Positions 49,347 to 57,356 of a stretch of 64,000 nt of DNA are shown in pieces. Below the pieces are notes generated by a model that saw nothing but the letters and a program-made list of their open reading frames with translations, ran no database searches and was not told the DNA's origin. Location of the stretch: the IMG/VR virus record IMGVR_UViG_3300021426_000067. One strand, 5' to 3'. A program made the position numbers and the translations under genes. Numbering within the stretch: the first letter of the stretch is position 1; the number at the start of each line of letters is the position of its first letter. Source of the DNA: a virus. Taxonomy: Duplodnaviria; Caudoviricetes.

Positions 49347-49847
49347 TTATTTATAACTCATAACATCTTTTCCGCCTTCTTGCGGTGCTTGTTTAGGAAG
49401 GGCACGTAACTCTTCCATAAAACCCTATATAAAAGAATTTCCGCCTTCATCTGTATAATGTTGATAACGTCTTTCTAAACAATCAAGACTGAAATCATCA
49501 ATCCAACCTACATAATAGCAGAAATAGTGGTGATCTCTTGTAATATATGCTTTTATTGCATCTTTATCAGATTGAATAAGCATATCAATTTTGTCTGATA
49601 ATTTACATAAAACGTCATCAGTTACCTGTTGATCTTTTTGTAGAGATTCCATTATGGTACTTCCTTGACGAAGACGTCTTTCTAATTCTTCTTTTGAATT
49701 TATTTTTGAATATTCTTTATCGAAAAATTTTCTTATATAAGTATACCCCCAATCAAAGAAAGTAAGTAAACTCTTTACCGCTAAGGCTAAAAAAACAATA
49801 AAAATAAGAATTTCCTATAAAGAATAATGTTCAAGTAATTCTACCAT
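49347..49847 (-). CDS. Membrane protein (holin-like), 2 TAG
   Basis: GGAGG RBS; N-terminal TM segment, coiled coil, Y..EGGNSFI* motif. Confidence 0.68.
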
Positions 49848-50063
49848 ATAAGTAAGCCTCCTGTTAAAATGATTTCTCTCACTAAATATATATTAAAAAT
49901 GGGGAAGACTATTTATTTATTCTTGACCAAAGATATTTTTACAAAAATTGAAAGAAAAAAATCCAAAGGCGGTTTTGAATTGCATGGAGCGGGTGTCTGC
50001 GCGCCGAGCAGTTTATGGAATCTCTCAACCAGGTTCTATAAATCTTTTGCATATAAAAAAAAT

Positions 50064-50088
50064 GGGTGCGTGTCAAAGACACACACCC
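50064..50088 (-). terminator. Intrinsic terminator
   Basis: gggtg.gtgtc/gacacacaccc hairpin with T-run on the minus strand. Confidence 0.65.
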
Positions 50089-50101
50089 TATCTATATAAA
50101 G

Positions 50102-51619
50102 TTACGCAGTTACAGCTGCATAACGGTCAGAGAGGAGCTTCTCAAGCATGAGGTCGTAACCGTCCTTTCCGCTGAGAATAGTATCAATCATAGAAGGAGA
50201 GAAACCGCTAACATAGCTGAAACCTTCCCCAATAGCAGGGATTCTATCATTTCTCGCTTTCAGATTCCAGAAAACTACCTGAGGCATTTTGTAACCTTCT
50301 CGCGCCCATTCTCTCTTAATCTTCTCCAGATCAGAGTTAACTTCATCAATAGAATTTACAGTTTCATATTCATCCCAGTAGCCATATCTAATACGCTTAT
50401 TAGAGAAAGTTACACATTTATCGAACTCCATATCAGAGAAGATATAAATACGAGTAGGCATATCTTCAACCTTTACTCTATTGCGCTTTGCTGTAGAAAG
50501 AAGCATATCAAATACTGCTTTAATGTTAGTATTCATACCCCAATTTGCGTTCTTGCAACGATTAAGTTTGTCAACAATGTCAACGCCCTCAAATCTCACA
50601 AGTTCAGGTTTTGCAGAGAAAGTAATGAAGTGGTGTGCAAAAGGTCCATGCGCCTTATCAGCGATGTAAGCACCCATAGAAACAGCGGCTTCCATAGGAG
50701 TACCAATCATAGAACCAGATACATCAACAACTGCAATACCATTCTCTTCTCTACCATTGTAGAAGTCTTTCAGATTATCCCAATATTTCTGAAGCATCAG
50801 ACGCTCAGGAGCGTCCAGAGCACGTCGTCTCATATCAGGATCAAACGCCTTATGCGCTACATCGTGAGGATACAGTGCTTCAGCATTAACCTTAGTAGAA
50901 GTATTCTTTGCAAATGCTTCATACTTCTTAGCAATAATATCGCGTCTTGCAAAAGCATTACGATAAACAAGACCAGCCTTAGAAGGAATCTTATCAAACT
51001 CGATTTCATCCCAGCGGTTTTCACTCATCAAACGCTCAAGAACATTGATGCGGGCACGAAGAGCAGAAAGAGTCTTACGATACTGTCTGCTGGTAACACC
51101 CAGAGCATTAGCGAGAACATGTCCCAGTCTTTTAGTATCCGCATTAGATGCGTTCTGAGAAGGGAGCCACTTTGCAAGCAGAGAAGGGGTCTTTGACTGA
51201 ACATCAAGAGCAAGCTGATGCTTGATGACGTTAATCATATCTTTTTCTACAGGAGTTCCAACTGTAGTGTAAATCAGGTCATCCCAACGACCATATTCAC
51301 TAACATTCAGAAGGTTCTTTCTTGCTACTTCAGGACGGTAATTACAAAGCCAACGGAAAGCAGTTCTGAAGAAACGTCTTTCACCTTGACCACCGCGAAC
51401 GTCACGAAGATAGAACAGGCACTTCATAGCCAGGTTACGGTTCTCTTCAAATGCGTTCTTAAACAGAAGAATCACATCTGCATCAGATCTGGTACGATAA
51501 GCACCACCAACCGCAAACATATCAAGAACCTTTGATTCTGTTGACTTACGAGTCAGTCCACCATTTTCAGTACGAGTAATGTTGTTGTTTTTAACCATTT
51601 CATTTAAAAAAGTATTCAT
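50102..51619 (-). CDS. DUF2828 / vWA-domain protein (TROVE/Ro60-like)
   Basis: TENG, FYLRDVRGGQGER, EYGRWDDL, LLAKWLPS, VDVSGSM (MIDAS), FSDMEFD, VFWNL, VSGFSP. Confidence 0.85.
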   Translation of the reverse strand: MNTFLNEMVKNNNITRTENGGLTRKSTESKVLDMFAVGGAYRTRSDADVILLFKNAFEENRNLAMKCLFYLRDVRGGQGERRFFRTAFRWLCNYRPEVARKNLLNVSEYGRWDDLIYTTVGTPVEKDMINVIKHQLALDVQSKTPSLLAKWLPSQNASNADTKRLGHVLANALGVTSRQYRKTLSALRARINVLERLMSENRWDEIEFDKIPSKAGLVYRNAFARRDIIAKKYEAFAKNTSTKVNAEALYPHDVAHKAFDPDMRRRALDAPERLMLQKYWDNLKDFYNGREENGIAVVDVSGSMIGTPMEAAVSMGAYIADKAHGPFAHHFITFSAKPELVRFEGVDIVDKLNRCKNANWGMNTNIKAVFDMLLSTAKRNRVKVEDMPTRIYIFSDMEFDKCVTFSNKRIRYGYWDEYETVNSIDEVNSDLEKIKREWAREGYKMPQVVFWNLKARNDRIPAIGEGFSYVSGFSPSMIDTILSGKDGYDLMLEKLLSDRYAAVTA

Positions 51620-51706
51620 TCCTTTTAACTCCTTTACTTTTGTCAAAGTAATTTTTTATCATCTTACGTTATTTATTATATCAAAATTTTTTTTAAAAAT
51701 CAAGAA

Positions 51707-51782
51707 AGAGCTGAGAGGGATTTGAACCCCCGAATAATTGGTTTGCAGCCAACCCCCTTTAACCAGACTTGGGTATCAACTC
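51707..51782 (-). tRNA. tRNA-Cys(GCA)
   Basis: Cloverleaf, TTC T-loop, anticodon GCA. Confidence 0.85.
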
Positions 51783-51863
51783 AAAAAGGAAGGCTGGATT
51801 AAAACTATCCAGCCAAAATCAAAAGAAAGGGAATAAAGTGAGAAACTTTATTTCGGATTAAGG

Positions 51864-51931
51864 CAAGACACGAATTTTTATTGACAAAAACCTCTATTTG
51901 ACAAATCTTGATTGATTGCTGCGTGTGTCTT
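51864..51931 (-). ncRNA. ACAGCAA-stem element, copy 1 (GCAGCAA variant)
   Basis: AGACAC-AC-GCAGCAA...GTGTCTTG closing stem. Confidence 0.55.
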
Positions 51932-51937
51932 ATGATA

Positions 51938-52008
51938 AGCACCATGAGGGAGTCGAACCCTCGACTTTTGGTTGGAAGCCAAATATTTTACCGCTAAACT
52001 AATAGTGC
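51938..52008 (-). tRNA. tRNA-Gly(TCC)
   Basis: Cloverleaf, anticodon TCC. Confidence 0.85.
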
Positions 52009-52281
52009 ATGAACGCGAAATTTTAATTTTAGGAGATTTCGCACAACTCCATATACGCGTCTCTTTAAACGTAACTACTTTCCGCGAAGACAACTCATTG
52101 GCTTGAAATTTGCTTTTTCTATATCTTTTAGGTTATAAAAGTATAGCGAGGAAATCTTGAGTAAATTAAGTGCCCGATAAAAACACATTCACATTTCTCA
52201 AGTAAGCTACAGTTATCGGTCAGCAGCCTCGACCAAACTTTCCTCCCCATCGTTAGGCTTTCACTCATTACATTTAAATAG

Positions 52282-52355
52282 CTGGGGTAGTAGGGCTCGA
52301 ACCTACGAATCCGTGAGTCAAAGTCACGTGTGTTTGCCAACTTCACCATACCCCA
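52282..52355 (-). tRNA. tRNA-Gln(TTG)
   Basis: Cloverleaf, anticodon TTG, U1-A72 pair. Confidence 0.85.
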
Positions 52356-52359
52356 TTGT

Positions 52360-52472
52360 CAAGGCGTTTTAAACTAATTATCTAACCATTTGATATACTC
52401 AATAATCACGTGCTTGAGATAGGACTCGAACCTATACGTTTTAGTTAAAAAACTATTTTGCTGTAAACGCCT
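52360..52472 (-). ncRNA. ACAGCAA-stem element, copy 2, with circularly permuted tRNA-like module
   Basis: AGGCGTTT-ACAGCAA...AAACGCCTTG closing stem; T-arm lies 5' of the D-arm. Confidence 0.6.
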
Positions 52473-52474
52473 AA

Positions 52475-52548
52475 TACTCACAGAGGGATTTGAACCCTCG
52501 ACACCTTGATTAAAAGTCAAGTGCTACTACCTGCTGAGCTATGTGAGT
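52475..52548 (-). tRNA. tRNA-Lys(TTT)
   Basis: Cloverleaf, anticodon TTT. Confidence 0.87.
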
Positions 52549-52667
52549 AAAGTTTATATCAGAAAGTCGGACTCGAACCAACATCTTTTTTAGTAAACCC
52601 TCATTGTCATTCGAAGGTGCGGCGTGACCAGCGTCGCAATCTCCCATTGAATTATTTCTGATATAAA

Positions 52668-52742
52668 TCGGAGTAGTAGGATTTGAACCTACGATCTCTT
52701 GATCCCAAATCAAGCGCGCTAACCAAACTACGCTATACTCCG
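52668..52742 (-). tRNA. tRNA-Pro(TGG)
   Basis: Cloverleaf, anticodon TGG. Confidence 0.88.
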
Positions 52743-52750
52743 TTAGAGGG

Positions 52751-52930
52751 TTATTCAACCCATTGAACTTTTTCACTTGATACCCAAGCACCAAAAAGAG
52801 TTACCTTTTTTGTTGTATCTCTGCAAGGGATTTCATCACTCCACACTTCATTTGTTTGTGGATTTCTATGAGTAAACACATAAGTTTTTCCGCCGTACTG
52901 CCCTTTGCGAGTATATTTTTTAATAATCAT
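52751..52930 (-). CDS. Small hypothetical protein (59 aa)
   Basis: Promoter and RBS upstream; MIIKKYTRKGQYGGK...QWVE then TAA. Confidence 0.55.
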   Translation of the reverse strand: MIIKKYTRKGQYGGKTYVFTHRNPQTNEVWSDEIPCRDTTKKVTLFGAWVSSEKVQWVE

Positions 52931-52987
52931 TTTCCTTACCCTTTCTTATATAATTATAATAAAAATTTTTATAATTTTCAAATAAAA

Positions 52988-53061
52988 TACTCAAGGAAGG
53001 AGTTGAACCTTCGACCTTGCGGTTATCAGCCGCATACTCTAACCTACTGAGCTACTTGAGT
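52988..53061 (-). tRNA. tRNA-Ile(GAT)
   Basis: Cloverleaf, anticodon GAT. Confidence 0.87.
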
Positions 53062-53067
53062 AGATAA

Positions 53068-53140
53068 TGCTCGATAATGGACTTGAACCATTGACTTCTA
53101 ACTTGTAAGGATAGCACTCTCCCAGCTGAGTTAATCGAGC
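53068..53140 (-). tRNA. tRNA-Val(TAC)
   Basis: Cloverleaf, anticodon TAC. Confidence 0.83.
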
Positions 53141-53276
53141 AAGTGACAGTTTCCATCTCTTCTCGCTGAAACTGCCAAACCTGAGGGTCTCCCCTTATGC
53201 TTAGCTAAAGCATGAGATATGATTAGTTTATCACCTATTAAAATTATATCAAAACTAATAAAGGTATAATCAGGCG

Positions 53277-53349
53277 TGGAGAATACGGGATTTGAACCCG
53301 TGACCCTTTGCTTGCAAGGCAAATGTTCTCCCAACTGAACTAATCCCCC
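53277..53349 (-). tRNA. tRNA-Ala(TGC)
   Basis: Cloverleaf, anticodon TGC, G3-U70. Confidence 0.9.
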
Positions 53350-53493
53350 AAATGACAGATGTTTTGCCACACTTTTACCCCCTGGAAGGACATCTGCCGC
53401 GCCCCTTCTTCAATAACTGGAAGTGCAGTACAAGTTCCCCTCTACACTTGTAGGTTTGTTCTTGAATAAGACTGGCAAATTTCTTATTAAGAG

Positions 53494-53567
53494 AGGCCCA
53501 TGAGGGACTCGAACCCTCGACACCGTGGTTAACAGCCACGTGCTCTAACCGACTGAGCTAAAGAGCC
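53494..53567 (-). tRNA. tRNA-Asn(GTT)
   Basis: Cloverleaf, anticodon GTT. Confidence 0.87.
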
Positions 53568-53627
53568 TTATTTTTTCCTTTCTTTATCTTACATATATAT
53601 TATATCAAAAATTTTTAAAAAAATCAA

Positions 53628-53882
53628 TTAATGGAGTTCCCACTGGTAATCAAAATATTTTTTATAATCACTTTTTTCTCTTGAACTGTTAATTATATTC
53701 TTTGCTTTTAAACGTGTGATTTTACTACATCTTCTTTTGAGCCAAGCAGTATTAGAACCTTTAATCCTAATGATTCTATCTTTATCTTCATTATACCAGG
53801 CTCCCGCAAACCAATGATTTTTGCTTGCGTTATAAAGTTTCTTTAATCTGTGCTTTTCTTCCATTTTTCTTCGATGAGACAT
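53628..53882 (-). CDS. Small basic hypothetical protein
   Basis: AAGGAGG RBS before MSHRRK. Confidence 0.65.
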   Translation of the reverse strand: MSHRRKMEEKHRLKKLYNASKNHWFAGAWYNEDKDRIIRIKGSNTAWLKRRCSKITRLKAKNIINSSREKSDYKKYFDYQWELH

Positions 53883-54126
53883 AATAAAGACCTCCTTATT
53901 TAAAAAGCATGTAGGTGGGACTCGAACCCACACCACATAGATGATTTTCAAAAGGTGGCTAATCCCTCAAAAATACTGCTACTCCTCTTTTCACAACTAC
54001 TTTTATTAAAATATGACAACTTCAGCCACCGCTTACTCCCTATCTTAATAATTTCGTCTCTATGTGTATCGCCAATGTGACACGGCTCTGACGTCCGCCG
54101 CTCTACCAATTGAGCTACTACATGAG

Positions 54127-54199
54127 TGGATCAGGATGGATTTGCACCACCGACGCGCGGATTTTCAGTCCACTGCTCTACTGCCTGAGCTACTGATCC
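54127..54199 (-). tRNA. tRNA-Phe(GAA)
   Basis: Cloverleaf, anticodon GAA (atypical T-loop). Confidence 0.8.
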
Positions 54200-54211
54200 A
54201 TTTTTTATTAA

Positions 54212-54284
54212 AAGACCGAAAGGGATTCGAACCCTTGACTCTCGCCTTAGAAGGACGATGCTCTATCCACTGAACTATCGGTCC
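54212..54284 (-). tRNA. tRNA-Arg(TCT)
   Basis: Cloverleaf, anticodon TCT. Confidence 0.85.
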
Positions 54285-54288
54285 ATAA

Positions 54289-54372
54289 ATCGACGAGGTA
54301 GGACTCGAACCTACAATGTCCAAAGACAACTGATTTACAGTCAGCCTACTTACCAATTAGTATACCCGTCGA
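54289..54372 (-). tRNA. tRNA-Tyr(GTA)
   Basis: Cloverleaf with variable arm, anticodon GTA. Confidence 0.85.
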
Positions 54373-54376
54373 TAAG

Positions 54377-54464
54377 CGTCAGGGGAGGGATTCGAACCCT
54401 CGAACCACTTCACGTGATTAATTCCTTAGCAGGGAACCGCCTTAAGCCACTCGGCCACCCTGGC
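54377..54464 (-). tRNA. tRNA-Ser(GCT)
   Basis: Long variable arm, anticodon GCT. Confidence 0.87.
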
Positions 54465-54484
54465 GTAGTGCGGATTCCCGCACA

Positions 54485-55030
54485 TTATTCTTCCATTGTA
54501 GCTGTACAATAGAAAATTCCTTTTAAATTAGGATTTTCATTAAAAATATCTCTTGCAATAACTTCATAAATAGTTGTTAAATTGCCATTTAAATCACTTA
54601 AGTTATCATTGTAAAATTGAACAATTTCTGGTTTAAATTCTACATAAACAAAATGATTAGAAAAAATTCCATCAATAACACATACAGTATTCAAAATAGG
54701 ATTTCTTTTAAAAGCTCTCTGAAATAATAAATCTACAGAAGTGCTACTCATATATTGGGATTCTTTATTAAAAGTAAGATGTCCAACAAAAGGAAGTCCA
54801 GTATTAGATGGAATAACATTAATATTTAATGTAGTTGAACCTAAATCAATTTGATAAGGAAGAAGTGCGGCAAGTGCCTCAGCTTTTTCATTATTTTCTA
54901 CATATAACTTTACTGTTAATGGATCATTAATAAATTCAATATCAATTTCAGGGTCTTGGTCAAAAAGAGCCTCAATCTAATTAAATAACGTTACCCAAGG
55001 CGGTGAAAGTTTTGTTTTTGCATATAGCAT
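54485..55030 (-). CDS. Conserved phage hypothetical protein (1 TAG)
   Basis: LSPPWVTLFN*IEALFDQDPEI...VQFYNDNLSDLNG; extends upstream of the ORF-track call via TAG. Confidence 0.72.
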
Positions 55031-55035
55031 ATTTT

Positions 55036-55440
55036 TTACTCTCCTTTTTCAAGTGCATATTTTTCAAGGAACTCATCAGGGTCATCATAGAACATCTGGT
55101 CTAATTTTACCATGTCTAAAGTAGGCAGTTTTGATTCATCTAATTTAGTGCAAACCCACGCAGTATCTTCAGCGGTAATCTGAAATCTAATTGAATCAAC
55201 TTCACTGGCTACATCTTCATCATCGTAATCAATGCCATTAAATTCACATTCAGAACGAACCTCTTCTTCAATATACTCATCTATTGCTGAATAAGAAGAA
55301 ATAATTCGATATGAAAGTTCCATACCTTCATCTTCTGCTTCAGATTCAGTTCCTTTAAAAATTTCATATTCAATCATGCCATTCATGCCTTCAAAATAGA
55401 CATCCCATCCTTTGATTGCCCAAAAAAATTCTTTTTTCAT
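55036..55440 (-). CDS. Acidic hypothetical protein
   Basis: Promoter and RBS upstream, intact ORF. Confidence 0.7.
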   Translation of the reverse strand: MKKEFFWAIKGWDVYFEGMNGMIEYEIFKGTESEAEDEGMELSYRIISSYSAIDEYIEEEVRSECEFNGIDYDDEDVASEVDSIRFQITAEDTAWVCTKLDESKLPTLDMVKLDQMFYDDPDEFLEKYALEKGE

Positions 55441-55503
55441 TTTTCTTTTCCTCTCTTTTGACTTTCTATAAATATTATATCAAAAATTTTATAAAAATTC
55501 AAG

Positions 55504-55590
55504 CGGACAGACTGGGATTCGAACCCAGGAGCCTATTATGACACAGCGGTTTTCAAGACCGCGCCGTTATGACCGCTTCGGTACCTGTCC
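55504..55590 (-). tRNA. tRNA-Ser(TGA)
   Basis: Long variable arm, anticodon TGA. Confidence 0.88.
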
Positions 55591-55591
55591 A

Positions 55592-55663
55592 CAGGACCTC
55601 TTGGACTCGAACCAAGACTTTTAGTTTTGGAGACTAACGTGCTGCCATTAACACCAAAATCCT
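55592..55663 (-). tRNA. tRNA-Trp(CCA)
   Basis: Cloverleaf, anticodon CCA. Confidence 0.85.
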
Positions 55664-55666
55664 AAA

Positions 55667-55740
55667 GGGTGAAGTACCAGAATTGAACTGGTATTAAAAG
55701 AGCCACAATCTCTTGTGTTGCCATTACACCAACTCCACCA
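55667..55740 (-). tRNA. tRNA-His(GTG)
   Basis: Cloverleaf, anticodon GTG. Confidence 0.8.
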
Positions 55741-55744
55741 AACA

Positions 55745-55827
55745 TGCGGGCGGCGAGATTCGAACTCGCAAGGTCTCTCGACCAGAGGATTTTAAGTCCG
55801 CCGTGTATACCGTTCCACCACGCCCGC
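55745..55827 (-). tRNA. tRNA-Leu(TAA)
   Basis: Variable arm, anticodon TAA. Confidence 0.88.
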
Positions 55828-55854
55828 AAAAAAAAACTTTGAAAAAACAATGCG

Positions 55855-56495
55855 TGAATCTTCACCCTACAACCTTATATTCCCTGTTTATTAGACTACC
55901 GAGGAGATAAGTCTGAGCTAAAAGGAGCGACCCTTTAACTTCTTACCCCAGTCTTTCGACCAAAACTCGGACGGGATTGTTTACCCGTAACTTTCACCCA
56001 CCATTCAGAAAATTTTTATTCAAAACCAATCCAAATGGTCATAATAAATAATTATGAATTTGTGTCACCGCCTTAGGGCTACTCGTGCATTGACCTTGTC
56101 TTATATCCTTATTACTAAGGCTTCAAAGCGAACTTCCTTGTTGGCATTTCCTTGGTTTGTAATTGGTGCCACCCAACCACCTAACAAGGATTGTTCCCCA
56201 CAGGGGCGTCTATTATGGAAGCGACAAGAACATCGTCCTAACTAAGAGAATATAATTTGCGCTACCAACCCTCGGCACCCTATCTTTTGATAAGGTAGTT
56301 TTAAGTCATCGCTGACAAAAAACTTCATACTACCTCTAAGTATCCCAAGAGGGCATTTAGCCCGCGCCTTAGCGTGGTTGGTACCTCAGCACAGTGGCAT
56401 CTGCTCTTCACTGAGTTCCGCAAGTATTTTTCAAAGTTCATGTAAGAATTAGTGGTTAAGCTCCACCGCCACGCCAAGGCTTCTTACTTGGTGGA
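55855..56495 (-). ncRNA. Large structured ncRNA, probably ROOL
   Basis: About 600 nt, higher GC, many hairpins, no credible ORF, inside a tRNA array; 3' part GGGTCGCTCC...GCTCAGAC resembles ROOL as I recall it. Confidence 0.55.
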
Positions 56496-56498
56496 GTA

Positions 56499-56614
56499 CA
56501 AGACAGTGTTCCGTGATCTTTCTGTCAGAATCGAACTGACTTTTAATCTTTACCAGAGATTCGTTATACCATTTAACTAAAAAAGAATTTGGAATAATTT
56601 GCTGTAACTGTCTT
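56499..56614 (-). ncRNA. ACAGCAA-stem element, copy 3, enclosing a tRNA-Thr(GGT)-like module
   Basis: AGACAGT-T-ACAGCAA...ACTGTCTTG closing stem around a degenerate cloverleaf. Confidence 0.6.
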
Positions 56615-56646
56615 TATTTTATTATTTATAGTTTCACAGATGGCAA

Positions 56647-56718
56647 AGCAAGTAGTGAGAATTGAACTCACATCTAATCCTTGGCAAGGACTTATAATAA
56701 CCATTATACGATACCTGC
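56647..56718 (-). tRNA. tRNA-Gly(GCC)
   Basis: Cloverleaf, anticodon GCC. Confidence 0.82.
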
Positions 56719-56724
56719 TTAGAA

Positions 56725-56798
56725 TACAGGAAATGGGAGTCGAACCCATAAAATATAGATTTTGAATCTATCATGTATGCCAGTTCCATCATTCCTGC
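56725..56798 (-). tRNA. tRNA-Leu(CAA), short variable loop
   Basis: Cloverleaf, anticodon CAA. Confidence 0.8.
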
Positions 56799-56929
56799 AT
56801 TTATTTTTTCCTTAATCTTTAAATATATTATATAATAATTTTTTAAATTTATCAAATATTTTTTAAAGGCTTTAAGGTCAGCCAACCACATATCCCCGTT
56901 TAACCTCCCGACATTTGTTCTCTGGAGGA

Positions 56930-57002
56930 AGCCAACCCAGGGACTCGAACCCTGAACCCTCTGATTACAAGTCAGATGCTCTACCAATTGAGCTAAGAAG
57001 GC
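56930..57002 (-). tRNA. tRNA-Thr(TGT)
   Basis: Cloverleaf, anticodon TGT. Confidence 0.88.
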
Positions 57003-57158
57003 ATATCATTGTCGAGCGTGCAGTTTCAATCACGCGAATCTGTGTAGGGTTGCAGCGATAGTTTATAGAATATTTCTAAGAGGTGTCTCTCCTCAGTGTC
57101 CCTACGTACCAGCTTTATTTTCTTAATGACTTTTAATGCTTGTCTATCGACAATGGAG

Positions 57159-57234
57159 TTGCGGAAGCGGGATTTGAACCCGCGACCTTTTGCTTATGAG
57201 GCAAACGAGCTTACCGAACTGCTACCATTCCGCA
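57159..57234 (-). tRNA. tRNA-Met(CAT)
   Basis: Cloverleaf, anticodon CAT, initiator-like body. Confidence 0.85.
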
Positions 57235-57243
57235 ATATAAAAA

Positions 57244-57352
57244 CAAGACACAGTGACGTTGGAAGGAATCGAACCTTCATTTTCAGTTTTTCAGACTAAT
57301 ATCTTAACCATTTGATTACAACATTTTTAAATAAGTTTGCTGTTAGTGTCTT
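57244..57352 (-). ncRNA. ACAGCAA-stem element, copy 4, enclosing a tRNA-Phe(GAA)-like module
   Basis: AGACAC-TA-ACAGCAA...GTGTCTTG closing stem around D, anticodon and T arms. Confidence 0.6.
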
Positions 57353-57356
57353 TATC

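Noticed and set aside
10260-49847. Fragmented ORFs as pseudogenes or a decayed prophage
   Set aside because: Breaks I traced are TAG, fragments stay in frame over several kb with no frameshifts, and a CUA tRNA is present
10260-49847. G-to-T damage or sequencing error turning GAG into TAG
   Set aside because: That would also turn the more frequent GAA into TAA and would hit early genes; neither was seen
10260-49847. Standard code 15 (TAG=Gln) or pyrrolysine
   Set aside because: Diagnostic positions match Glu and no pyl genes are in the window; some individual sites are ambiguous between Q and E, so partial Gln use is not formally excluded
50066-51196. 376-aa plus-strand ORF
   Set aside because: Antisense shadow of the DUF2828 gene, with no RBS or recognisable motifs
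53907-54124. tmRNA
   Set aside because: It has a full D-arm, lacks the Ala G3-U70 acceptor, is too short, and shows no tag ORF
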